Origin: an uncultured delta proteobacterium
GTDB taxonomy: Bacteria > Desulfobacterota > Binatia > Binatales > Binataceae
DNA: 64,000 nt
NCBI GenBank assembly: GCA_963788205.1
Contig: CAWBGG010000002.1
Location: 449,988 to 513,987 of the forward strand
Reading direction: 5' to 3'
Shown here: piece after piece, positions 9,294 to 18,093 of the stretch
How the letters are laid out: each line of letters opens with the position of its first letter
Position numbering within the stretch: position 1 is the stretch's first letter
Notes under the pieces: model-generated
Seen by the model: the letters and a program-made list of their open reading frames with translations, nothing else
The model's database searches: none
Told to the model about the DNA's origin: nothing
Position numbers and translations under genes: made by a program

Positions 9294-9615
9294 TCTGCCG
9301 TTTCAGATCCCTCACCCTCCTGAGGAACTCGGAGGGCAATTTGCCACGTTTCTTGACCATGCCGTCGAGTAGCACGATCCGCCTTCCTGGCTTGAACACG
9401 TAACAGATTCTCACCTGATCGCCTCGCAACTCGAAGAGCCCGTCTCCTAAAGCCTGCGAAACAGGCGCCCTCAACAGGTTGCCCCGCTCTTGCAAGATCT
9501 TGATGAGCGAGGCGGCTTCCTTCCGGTCCTGCATGCTCTCCAGCCGGTCGATAAATTCCCGAATGCAAGACCGCCCGGCGTCAGTCCGGTACTCATCGAG
9601 CGTCCATAGGGCCAC
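9286..9615 (-). CDS. RelE/ParE superfamily toxin (HigB / Gp49-like); probable GTG start at 9615
   Basis: WTLDEY...DGLFELRGDQVRICYVFKPGRRIVLLDGMVKKRGKLPSEFLRRV pattern; AT-rich patch at the 5' end. Confidence 0.6.
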   Translation of the reverse strand: MALWTLDEYRTDAGRSCIREFIDRLESMQDRKEAASLIKILQERGNLLRAPVSQALGDGLFELRGDQVRICYVFKPGRRIVLLDGMVKKRGKLPSEFLRRVRDLKRQIV

Positions 9616-9683
9616 GGCTTTTCTTATAACCTTCAGGTTATATACATCAAGCGCGTAGCCCTCAGATGTGCACGAACCCGGCT

Positions 9684-12119
9684 TCAGTGCCCGAGTATCC
9701 GGCCGAAGAGTTCGCCGAATGCGCGGAAGACCCCATGCGACGGCGGCGCGGGCGGCGCGGGCGATACGCCGGCCGCCGCGCCGGGTCCCATGGACGTGAC
9801 CGCCACGGTCTGCCCGCTGCCATGCAGCGGGCAGACCGTGGTCGGCTCGGTGCCGATGAGGAACGGCATCGCGACGCGGCGCAGACACGCGCCGGTCGCG
9901 AGGCCGCCGGAGGACGGGTCGATCACCGCCATCGTGATTCCCGCGGGGCGGGCGAAATCTTCCGCACCTGGCGGCGTCGCCGCGGTCATGAAGCTCGTCC
10001 AGGCTGGCAGCGCGGCCTGCGCGCCAGTCAGGCCGAGGCTTTGCGGATGGTCAAAGCCGACCCACACGCCGCATACGATCGCCGGCGTGTAGCCGATAAA
10101 GTAGGCGTCTTTGTAATCGTCGGTGGTACCGGTCTTGCCCGCGGCCGGAAACGCGAGGCCCATCCGCGCCGCGCCCGCGCCGGTCCCGTAGCGCAGCACG
10201 TTTTCGAGCGCGCCGGTAATCAGGTATGCGGCCCGCGCGCTGACGATCCGCTGCTCCATCTTCTCGTGATTGAAAATGAGATGGCCCTTGCTATCGACCA
10301 CCGACTCGATCGCGTAGGGCGGCGCGGCGATGCCGGCGTTCGCGAACACCTGGTAGGCCGAGGTGAGCTCGAGCAGCGTGGTCTCGTCCGCGCCGATCGC
10401 GATCGGCAGCACCGGCGCCAGAGCCTCGTTGATTCCCAGCTCGTGCGCGGTGCGGACGATCGCCGGCGGGCCGAGCAGGCTGCCCACGTAGGCGGCCGGA
10501 ACGTTGAGCGATTCCGCCAGCGCGTCGGCGACCGTGACCGTGCCACGATAAGTGCGCTCGTAGTTCACGGGCGTCCAGCGGCCAAACGACATCGGGCGGT
10601 CGGGGAGGATCGAGGCGAGCGTCAGTGGCGGCGAAAGCGGGCTGCGCTCCGGATCGAGCGCCGTCAGGTAAACGATAGGCTTGAAGGCCGAGCCGGGCTG
10701 GCGCTGGGCGGCAACCGCGCGATTGAACTGGCTTAGGCCGTAGTCGCGCCCGCCGACCATCGCGAGAATCGCGCCGCTGCGCACCTCCAGCGCGACGCCG
10801 GCGCTTTCGAGCTGGTCGTCCGGGGCGACGCGGCGCAATCCGCGATGCTCGCGTTCGAGCCGCTCCAGATTGCCCGCCACGCTCTGCTCGGCCTCGGCTT
10901 GAAGTTGGGGATCGAGCGTGGTGTAGGCTTTCACGCCCGCGAGATTACCGTCGAAACCGGGGATCGCCGTAACCAGCGCGGTGACGTAGTCGGTGAAATA
11001 GGGCGCATGACGGCTGCCGGCGTCCTTCACGATCGTGAGCGGCGACGCGCGCGCGGCCTCGTAGGTTTCGGGGTCAATAACCCCGGCCTGCTCGATCAGC
11101 GACAGCACAGTGTCGCGACGGGCCCGGCACGCCTCGGGATGGCGGCGCGGATCGTACAGGCTCGGGCCGCGAATCATCCCGATCAGCGTCGCTGCTTCGG
11201 CGGGGGTGACTTCACGCAAATCCTTGTTGAAGAAATAGCGCGCCGCGAGCGGCATCCCATAGAGCGGCGCGCCGTGATATTCGCCCAGCGGAACGTCGTT
11301 GACATAGCGCTCCAGGATCGCGTTCTTGCGGAGCTGGATTTCGAGCACGATAGCGATCGCAGCCTCGCGGAACTTGCGCTGGAAGCTGCGCCCCTGGGAT
11401 GGGATAAAAGTGCGCGCGAGCTGCTGCGTGATCGTGCTGGCGCCCTGCTTGAGGCGGCCGCTGCGCAGATCGATCAGCGTCGCCTCGATAATTCGAATCG
11501 GGTCGAAGCCGGGATGGTAGTAGAAAAAGCGGTCTTCGGTCGCGAGCAGCCCCTTGATCAGCCAGGGCTTCAACTCCGCAACCTGCACCTCGACGCGTTC
11601 GGCCGGCACGCCCGCCATCAGACGCCCGATCACTTCGGGCTCCAGCGTGGCGCTCTTCAGTTCCGCGCCGTTGGGCGAGCCGTGCAGATCGATTACGCGC
11701 TGGATTTGGTCGCCGTCGATCGCGAGCCGGACCATCGCGGCGGGATAGTCGCGCAGGCCGAGCCGAAAGGCGCGCAGGTAAACGGTGAAGTCGCTGGCCG
11801 CGGCCGAATACTCGCCGGGATTCGCGACCCTGTCGACGCGCGAGTAGCTAAGATGGTCCAGACGATCGGCGAGGCAGAGCTGCGCGAGGTTCTGGCCGGG
11901 CCGAAGCTCGAGCGGCGCCGAGTAGATCGCCGAGCTGAGCGCCGCGCGGCGCTGCTCGATCAGCGCAGAAATTTCGCTGTAGAGACCGGCGAGGTAAAAG
12001 CCGGCGGCGAAGCACAAGAGCAGAAAGACAATTGCAGTTGCGCGGCGCCATCCCACGGCCCGCCATATCCTGTGCGATATTCTGCGCGCGCGCCCACGCC
12101 TGCGCCTTCCACGCGCCAT
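9684..12119 (-). CDS. mrcA: Class A penicillin-binding protein 1A (transglycosylase + transpeptidase)
   Basis: GT51 motifs EDRFFYYHPGFD and QGASTITQQLAR; transpeptidase SAFKP; 811 aa. Confidence 0.85.
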   Translation of the reverse strand: MARGRRRRGRARRISHRIWRAVGWRRATAIVFLLLCFAAGFYLAGLYSEISALIEQRRAALSSAIYSAPLELRPGQNLAQLCLADRLDHLSYSRVDRVANPGEYSAAASDFTVYLRAFRLGLRDYPAAMVRLAIDGDQIQRVIDLHGSPNGAELKSATLEPEVIGRLMAGVPAERVEVQVAELKPWLIKGLLATEDRFFYYHPGFDPIRIIEATLIDLRSGRLKQGASTITQQLARTFIPSQGRSFQRKFREAAIAIVLEIQLRKNAILERYVNDVPLGEYHGAPLYGMPLAARYFFNKDLREVTPAEAATLIGMIRGPSLYDPRRHPEACRARRDTVLSLIEQAGVIDPETYEAARASPLTIVKDAGSRHAPYFTDYVTALVTAIPGFDGNLAGVKAYTTLDPQLQAEAEQSVAGNLERLEREHRGLRRVAPDDQLESAGVALEVRSGAILAMVGGRDYGLSQFNRAVAAQRQPGSAFKPIVYLTALDPERSPLSPPLTLASILPDRPMSFGRWTPVNYERTYRGTVTVADALAESLNVPAAYVGSLLGPPAIVRTAHELGINEALAPVLPIAIGADETTLLELTSAYQVFANAGIAAPPYAIESVVDSKGHLIFNHEKMEQRIVSARAAYLITGALENVLRYGTGAGAARMGLAFPAAGKTGTTDDYKDAYFIGYTPAIVCGVWVGFDHPQSLGLTGAQAALPAWTSFMTAATPPGAEDFARPAGITMAVIDPSSGGLATGACLRRVAMPFLIGTEPTTVCPLHGSGQTVAVTSMGPGAAAGVSPAPPAPPSHGVFRAFGELFGRILGH

Positions 12120-12278
12120 CCCAACCTCAGCCTCCGCCGGACAGTATAGCGCGTCGCGGGCGGCGCGCCGCGCGTTTTTCCTTCAACTGCCGAGCGCTGT
12201 GCCGTTCCCCATAAAACGCGACGGGCCGGCACAAGGCCAGCCCGTCATCCTGAACTGAAGCTGGGATCGCCGCCGCGG

Positions 12279-12887
12279 CTACTTCAACGCGCCGACCTTT
12301 TGCTGCGAAGGCCGGGTGACACATTTCTGGAACCACTTCTGCGCGGCCGGAGTGGCGGAAAGATCGAAGCCAATGAAAGACGAGAGGTTCAGCACCGCAG
12401 CGACGTTCAGATCGGCAATGGTGAAGTCCTTGCCGAGCAGATACTCCTGCGCCTTGGTGCGAGCGTCCAGCACCGCCAGCGGCGCCTGCAGGGCCGTGGT
12501 CGCGTTCTTGATCGCCGCCTCGCTGCGCTGTTCGGCCGGCAGGAACATCTTGTGCATCAAGAGCGCGATCAGATGCGGCTCCAACTCGGTCATCCCCCAG
12601 AAACTCCACTGGTAAGCGCCGGCGTGCCCCTCGACGGTCGAGGGCCAGAACGGAGCCTTGCCGTATTTCTCGGCCAGGTAGAGGTTGATCGCCATCGATT
12701 CCCAGACGATCAGCCCGTTATCGTCGATCGACGGGATATGCCCGTTGGGATTGATTTTCAGATACTCGGGCTTGCGCGTGTCTCCCGAGAACGAGATGGG
12801 CACGTGCTCGTACTTGAGCCCCAGCTCTTCGAGCGCCCACGCCACGCGTCCAGCCCGCGACATCACCGTACCGTACAGTTTGATCAT
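12279..12887 (-). CDS. Glutathione S-transferase
   Basis: GST N- and C-terminal domain pattern; 202 aa. Confidence 0.8.
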   Translation of the reverse strand: MIKLYGTVMSRAGRVAWALEELGLKYEHVPISFSGDTRKPEYLKINPNGHIPSIDDNGLIVWESMAINLYLAEKYGKAPFWPSTVEGHAGAYQWSFWGMTELEPHLIALLMHKMFLPAEQRSEAAIKNATTALQAPLAVLDARTKAQEYLLGKDFTIADLNVAAVLNLSSFIGFDLSATPAAQKWFQKCVTRPSQQKVGALK

Positions 12888-12983
12888 GACGTTATCCTCC
12901 CGGCCAGTTTGAGAATTGTCGAGAATCGTTGCGAGTTCACCCCTATCTAGACCAGCGCGGCGGGCGAGACAAACGCGTCACTG

Positions 12984-13190
12984 GACAGTGTCTCAGTTTG
13001 AGAGCGCTCGAGAGTGGGGGCGAGCAGCGGGAGATCCGGGATTCCTCGCGCGGCAGCCACGCGCGGGAATGACAGAAAAAGCTTGTCCTTGTCATTCTCG
13101 CGCGTCTGCGTTGCCTGGCGCGCGAAGAATCCCGAATCCTTTCTTCCACCTGCCGACACTGCCTCCGAGGCCAAACTGAGACACTACCCG
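12984..13190. mobile_element. MITE-like element, copy 2, flanked by direct TCACTG (possible target-site duplication)
   Basis: Near-identical to 1018-1226; tcactg present on both sides (12978-12983 and 13191-13196). Confidence 0.6.
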
Positions 13191-13673
13191 TCACTGCTTG
13201 TATCCAAATCTGCGCAACATCGCGTGGCGCTCGGCGCGGTCCTTTTCTCCCTCCACGCCTTTGGGCGAGTCACCATCGATAACGCCGATCACCCCGCGTC
13301 CGGTTCCCTCGCAGGCGACGATCACCCGCACCGGATTCGCGGTCGCGCAGAAGATCGTGCACACCTCCGCGACCGACTTGATCTGGTTGAGCACGTTGAC
13401 CGGAAACGCATTACCCAGCATCACGACGAACAGATGGCCGGCGGCGATCGCCTGGGCGCAATCGACCGCCGATTGCTCGAGCTGCGGCTCGGTGCCCGTA
13501 TGGCGGATAAGGCACGGCCCCGAGGCCTCGCAGAACGCCGCGCCGAACTTGATGTTCGGCACCGCCTGCACCAGCGCCTCGTAGAGGTCCTCGACCGTCT
13601 TGATAAAATGGGCCTGGCCGATGATCACGTTCACATCGGCCGGCTTGCGTACTTCGATTGCCTTGAGTTCCAT
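13191..13673 (-). CDS. Adenosine-specific kinase-like protein (PF04008-like), start MELKAIEV
   Basis: Family-like segment IIGQAHFIKTVEDL...FVVMLGNAFPVNVLN; the track ORF extends to 13841 but the upstream part is likely untranslated. Confidence 0.5.
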   Translation of the reverse strand: MELKAIEVRKPADVNVIIGQAHFIKTVEDLYEALVQAVPNIKFGAAFCEASGPCLIRHTGTEPQLEQSAVDCAQAIAAGHLFVVMLGNAFPVNVLNQIKSVAEVCTIFCATANPVRVIVACEGTGRGVIGVIDGDSPKGVEGEKDRAERHAMLRRFGYKQ

Positions 13674-13761
13674 CTCCAGTTTCTCCCTTCCGGTGCCGCT
13701 ACTCTCAGCATTAGCGCGAAAATGATATGAAAGAGGATAGGCGAGTGAAACCTCTGCGGCG

Positions 13762-14343
13762 GTGAGGTGGATGAGCATGGGCGGCCAGTTGAGTACTGTG
13801 GCGGGTACCGTGGGGGGCGCGGTGGCGGACGGGATCGACAAGCGGATGCCGGCGTATTTCTACCGGCTCTCGGCGGCGCGCCAGCGCGCATATCTCAAAA
13901 GCGACGCTATCGACCGGCTCCCGTTGACTGCCGACCCGGTCACCGTCGATGCGGCGCGCATCCTGATGCGCGCGCTCGAAGGCGGCAGGCTGGCGACGGT
14001 CAACGAAGCGGCGCGCGGCCTGCTCGCAGACATCTGCCGGCGATTGGCCGTCCCGATGGTGCGAATCGAGGTGCGCGAGGTGCGGCCGCACAATGCGCGC
14101 GGCGAGCTGCACGGAATCTTCTACCTGCGCCCGCCCGCGATCGTGCTCTGGATGCGCACCGCGCAGCGCCACGACGTGGTCAAGCCCAAGACCTTCATCC
14201 GCACCCTGGCGCACGAAGCCGGCCACTACCTGGACTATGCCCTGCTGAAGCTCGGCGACTCCTTCCACACCAGCGGCTTCTTCAAGCGGGAATCGTACCT
14301 GGTGCGCACGCTCTATCCCTCCGAACCGAGTCGTTCGGCGTAG
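13762..14343 (+). CDS. Hypothetical protein with an HExxH zinc-metallopeptidase-like motif (HEAGHYLD)
   Basis: Single HExxH motif near the C-terminus; start uncertain. Confidence 0.4.
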   Translation: MRWMSMGGQLSTVAGTVGGAVADGIDKRMPAYFYRLSAARQRAYLKSDAIDRLPLTADPVTVDAARILMRALEGGRLATVNEAARGLLADICRRLAVPMVRIEVREVRPHNARGELHGIFYLRPPAIVLWMRTAQRHDVVKPKTFIRTLAHEAGHYLDYALLKLGDSFHTSGFFKRESYLVRTLYPSEPSRSA

Positions 14344-14432
14344 GTTCCCCTGGAGAGACTCGGGACACGCTATCGCGGCGCTCGGACACGGGAAAGGAAA
14401 AAGGATCATCCGGTCGCAGACGCCCTCTTGGC

Positions 14433-14858
14433 GGCTGTCATTCTCGCGCGTCTGCTTTGCCTGGCGCGCGAAGAATCCCGGATCTCTGCTCCGTTGAGCC
14501 GTTTCCATGGGTGACCGGACCTACTCCGTATACATCATGAGCAGCATGTCCCGTACGCTCTACACCGGCGTCACCAACGACCTCGATCGCCGCGTTTTCG
14601 AGCACAAGGAAGGGCGGCCCGGTTCCTTCACGGCCCGATACCAGGTGAACCGCTTGGTCTATTTCGAGGAGTTCGGAGACATCGGCGAAGCGATCGCGCG
14701 CGAGAAGGAGATCAAGAAGATGACGCGGAGGGGGAAGGTCGAGCTGATCGAGTCGACGAACCCTGAGTGGCGGGACCTGAGCGAGGAGTAGAAAGGCAGC
14801 AGCCAGAGTCCGGGATTCTTCGCGCGCCAGGCAAAGCAGACGCGCGAGAATGACAGCC
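14433..14858. mobile_element. GIY-YIG cassette: a small GIY-YIG nuclease gene flanked by perfect 49-bp inverted hairpin repeats (14433-14485 and 14805-14858)
   Basis: GGCTGTCATTCTCGCGCGTCTGCTTTGCCTGGCGCGCGAAGAATCCCGGA and its exact reverse complement flank the ORF. The same units occur in the MITEs and at 29631-29690. Confidence 0.65.
14507..14791 (+). CDS. GIY-YIG nuclease family protein (UPF0213 / YhbQ-like, 94 aa)
   Basis: YSVYIM...LYTGVTNDLDRRVFEHKEG...LVYFEEF...REKEIKKMTRRGK. Confidence 0.75.
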   Translation: MGDRTYSVYIMSSMSRTLYTGVTNDLDRRVFEHKEGRPGSFTARYQVNRLVYFEEFGDIGEAIAREKEIKKMTRRGKVELIESTNPEWRDLSEE

Positions 14859-14950
14859 GTAAAAGAGGCGTGTTCTACCAGGAGCCTCAAATCCCGCCTT
14901 CTCGGCTTCGCGCGCGAGTTCGACCGTAAGGCACTCATCGATGAGGAACC

Positions 14951-15580
14951 TCACGTCGCTGCGGCGTCCCGCAAGCGGACGCGAACCGGACGGCCGCTAA
15001 GACGACCCCGCCAGAGTTGTTTGCGCGGCCGGCCGCGCAGCGGATGGGCGCCGGCATAGAGGGGCGCGAGGCGAATCATTTCATCAGTGAGCCGTGGATA
15101 TCCGCGACGCAATGTTTCCGGCGTCTCGCCCTGGCTCAGAAGCTCCGCGATCATGTGAATCGGGATGCGTGTGCCGCGAAAGACGGGAACGCCTCCAAGA
15201 ACCTCCGGGTCAGCGCTGGCCAGCCCTTCGGCCCGCCGCAGATCTTTAATACGCTGCGCCAGGTCCCGCCAGGACGGCCGCAGATCCAAAGTGAGCGCGC
15301 CGACCGCAACGCTCCGGACGCCTTCCGCCAACGCAGCGCTAATCGCTTTGAAAAGCTTTTGGCGGAACGAAGGAGTCGTGTCACTGACAAGCTCACGCTC
15401 AAGCGACAAATAAATCAGAGCGGGTTCGTCAACCAGACGAAGTGATTTCTCCCCGCGCGTGCGTCTGACATGAGCCGCGATGGTTTTCTTGTCTATTGCG
15501 TTATTGACCGCCTTAACGGGCAGGCGAGTAAGCACCGCCGCCTCGGCTGCGGTGAAAAGTGGCTGTTCTCGAGTCGTCAT
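14951..15580 (-). CDS. DUF433 domain protein (antitoxin-like C-terminal domain)
   Basis: C-terminal GGVPVFRGTRIPIHMIAELLSQGETPETLRRGYPRLTDEMI. Confidence 0.6.
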   Translation of the reverse strand: MTTREQPLFTAAEAAVLTRLPVKAVNNAIDKKTIAAHVRRTRGEKSLRLVDEPALIYLSLERELVSDTTPSFRQKLFKAISAALAEGVRSVAVGALTLDLRPSWRDLAQRIKDLRRAEGLASADPEVLGGVPVFRGTRIPIHMIAELLSQGETPETLRRGYPRLTDEMIRLAPLYAGAHPLRGRPRKQLWRGRLSGRPVRVRLRDAAAT

Positions 15581-15868
15581 GGTGGACCCTTATATATTCT
15601 CCAGTTGGAGAAGATATATGACATGTCAGCCACTTTCAAGGGCGAAAGCTGCAGGATGAATCCGGGGCTTGCCAGTCCGCGAAGTCTGCCCGACAATTAA
15701 ATGATGGGATATGCGAGACCTTCGGCAGATCAACATGATCGGGGCGAGTGTGACCGCTGACGCGGCGCGGGCTTTCTCGGCACATCCACACCAGAGGCCA
15801 GACCTGACGGTGTAGACTCTCCGCAGCGTAGAATTCGCTACCATGATTACGAACCGATAGAGACCCTC

Positions 15869-16732
15869 GTGTTAGGTACCATGTTGAACGCGGGAAACTT
15901 TGCCAATGGGAGATCTATGATTTCAGCGCTGACTGGCATCGAGAGCGAGGTGATTCTCCTGAAGGCCGTGACGGGGATCATCGATTCAATGGTGAATTCC
16001 GAAATACTCGAGCTGGCGGGTCACGATCCCGACAGCCACATCGGGTTCCCCACGTGTACTCAACAAAAGCTTTTTTATGTACTGCTCGCTGATTTCCTTT
16101 CCGTCACGGACCGGCGAGCGCCTATTTCTCAAACGACGTATCTTCGCGGCTTGAGGTCCATCACGGACCGCCCAGCGTTCAACGCTGGAAGCTCGATTGA
16201 GCCGCTAAGGCTTGCAACTGCGGAGTTTGTGGGTTGGCTCGAAGAGGAGGCCGAAGTCGCCACTTACCTTCGGCCAATTAGGGTCGAGGCGAATCTGAAG
16301 CTGTCGCGGCTGGCCGTCATTAAGATGTGCGGCGACATCTCGAAACACAACTTCTTGAGAGCGGTAGGAGTTGCTGGCAAATTGAGGGACGCTCTTGCTA
16401 GGAGCGGAGTATCGGTGTCGGAGGCGGACGCCTTAGCGGGTCTGCCTGACTTCTATGAGCGCTTCCATAATGACGTCCTGAATTACCACAGCAGCACAAT
16501 TGCCGAATTCCTCAACAACATCCGCTGGGCTATCTGCGAATACGTGCAACCCGAGCTTCACCGGAGTTTCATAAGAGAAGGCAGCGACCCGCCAACATAC
16601 AGGTACAGTTATCCCGATGGGGTAAGCGCGCCGTTTGCGAAGGAGTGCTATTGGAATCTTATGGATGAAATCAGGCAGTCTCCATACATGAGGAGGTTTC
16701 GCGTCACGAAATATTTGAAGTTGAGGTATTAG
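15869..16732 (+). CDS. Orphan hypothetical protein (287 aa) in a lower-GC islet
   Basis: Long ORF; AT-richer codon usage than neighbours; no recognisable motif. Confidence 0.45.
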   Translation: MLGTMLNAGNFANGRSMISALTGIESEVILLKAVTGIIDSMVNSEILELAGHDPDSHIGFPTCTQQKLFYVLLADFLSVTDRRAPISQTTYLRGLRSITDRPAFNAGSSIEPLRLATAEFVGWLEEEAEVATYLRPIRVEANLKLSRLAVIKMCGDISKHNFLRAVGVAGKLRDALARSGVSVSEADALAGLPDFYERFHNDVLNYHSSTIAEFLNNIRWAICEYVQPELHRSFIREGSDPPTYRYSYPDGVSAPFAKECYWNLMDEIRQSPYMRRFRVTKYLKLRY

Positions 16733-16970
16733 CTAAACCCCCTCCGCAGCGGAGAGCCGTCAGAACCGGGACTCCGCCATCCACCCAGCGGTCAATTTGC
16801 CTTTCTCGGAGAGGAATCGCTCCGTGTAGATTCCCTCGCTGCGCTCGGAATGACAGAGCTCCTTCTTTCCTGTTCCGGGCCATACGCGACGGATCGACGC
16901 TCAGCAATTTTCAAACCGGCCCCCGCGCTGGGGACTTTGACGCGGGTAGGCGCACCGATATCATCGGCAA

Positions 16971-18093
16971 ATGGCTTCTGCAGCGCCTTATGCGGCCGAT
17001 TTGAGTGCGCCACCGGCGCGCCGGATTCTGATTGTTCTGCTCGGTGCGATTGGCGACGTCGTCCGCGCGCTGCCGCTGCTGGGGCGGATTCGGCGGGCTT
17101 ATCCTGAGGCGCACATCGCGTGGGCGGTTGAGCCCAAGTCCGAGCCGATTTTGAGAGCCCACCCTTGGCTCGACGAAATTATTCTTCACGATCGCAGCCG
17201 CGCGCCTTGGGGATTCATCCCGTTTCTTATCAAGGTTCGTGGTGGGCGGTTCGATTTGGTGCTGGACCTCCAGCGCCATCTGAAGAGCGGCGTGACCGCG
17301 CTCGCTTCGGGAGCGGCCAATCGAATCGGTTTCGCTGCCGCCAATGCCAAGGAATTCAACGCGCGCTTCTCGACCCGCCAGATTCAGCCGCAGCCGCCGA
17401 TGACACTCAAGCTGATGCAGTACCAGGCGTTTGGAGAGGCGCTCGGAATCGCGCCGGCGCCGATCGAATTCGGGCTCCGGCTTGGCCCCGACGAGCTGGC
17501 CCGCGCCAAGTCGATGCTGTCCGAGGCGCCTGCGCCCCGGCTCGCCGTGGTCCTGGGATCTTCATGGCCAAGCCGGATTTACGCTCCCGAGTTGATCGCC
17601 GCCGCGATTGGGGCCGTGCAGGCGACCGCCAATGGCGGCCCGGCGCTGTTTCCGGTGCTGATCGGCGGACGCGATGACACGGGCCTGGCCACGCAGGTCG
17701 TGCGCCATCTCGGGGGCAAGCCGGTCCTCAATCTGGCCGGCCGCACGACGCTGCGCGATCTCATCGGTATCTTTCCCGAATGCGCCGCCGCTTTCGCGCC
17801 CGACTGCGGCCCGATGCATATCGCGGCGGCGATGGGCTGTCCGGTGGTCTCGTTGTGGGGCGCGACGGCGCCCGAGCGCTCGGCGCCGTGGGGATTCGCC
17901 GGACTCGCGCTGCGCGGCGAGATTCCGTGCCATCCCTGCTACCTGCGCAAATGTCCGATCGGGAACGAATGCATGCGGCGAATCGCTCCCGAAGACGTTG
18001 CTGCGTGCGGTGCGGCGCGCGCTGGACGCCTCTGCGGCGGCGCCGGCGCAAGGCGCCGGGTCAGCCTCGGCCGATCGCGAGGGGGCGCATTGA
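16971..18093 (+). CDS. ADP-heptose:LPS heptosyltransferase (GT9); frame break near 17975-17990, true stop TGA at 18091-18093
   Basis: GT9 motifs throughout. The C-terminus KTLLRAVRRALDAS...EGAH is found in the +1 frame. The track shows an artefactual 681-aa fusion. Confidence 0.7.

Noticed and set aside
9666-12149. Long + strand ORFs (356 and 434 aa) inside the PBP1A region
   Set aside because: Antisense to a full-length class A PBP with all catalytic motifs.
16704-17013. Two short minus-strand ORFs between the orphan gene and the heptosyltransferase
   Set aside because: No coding signature or motifs; likely intergenic.
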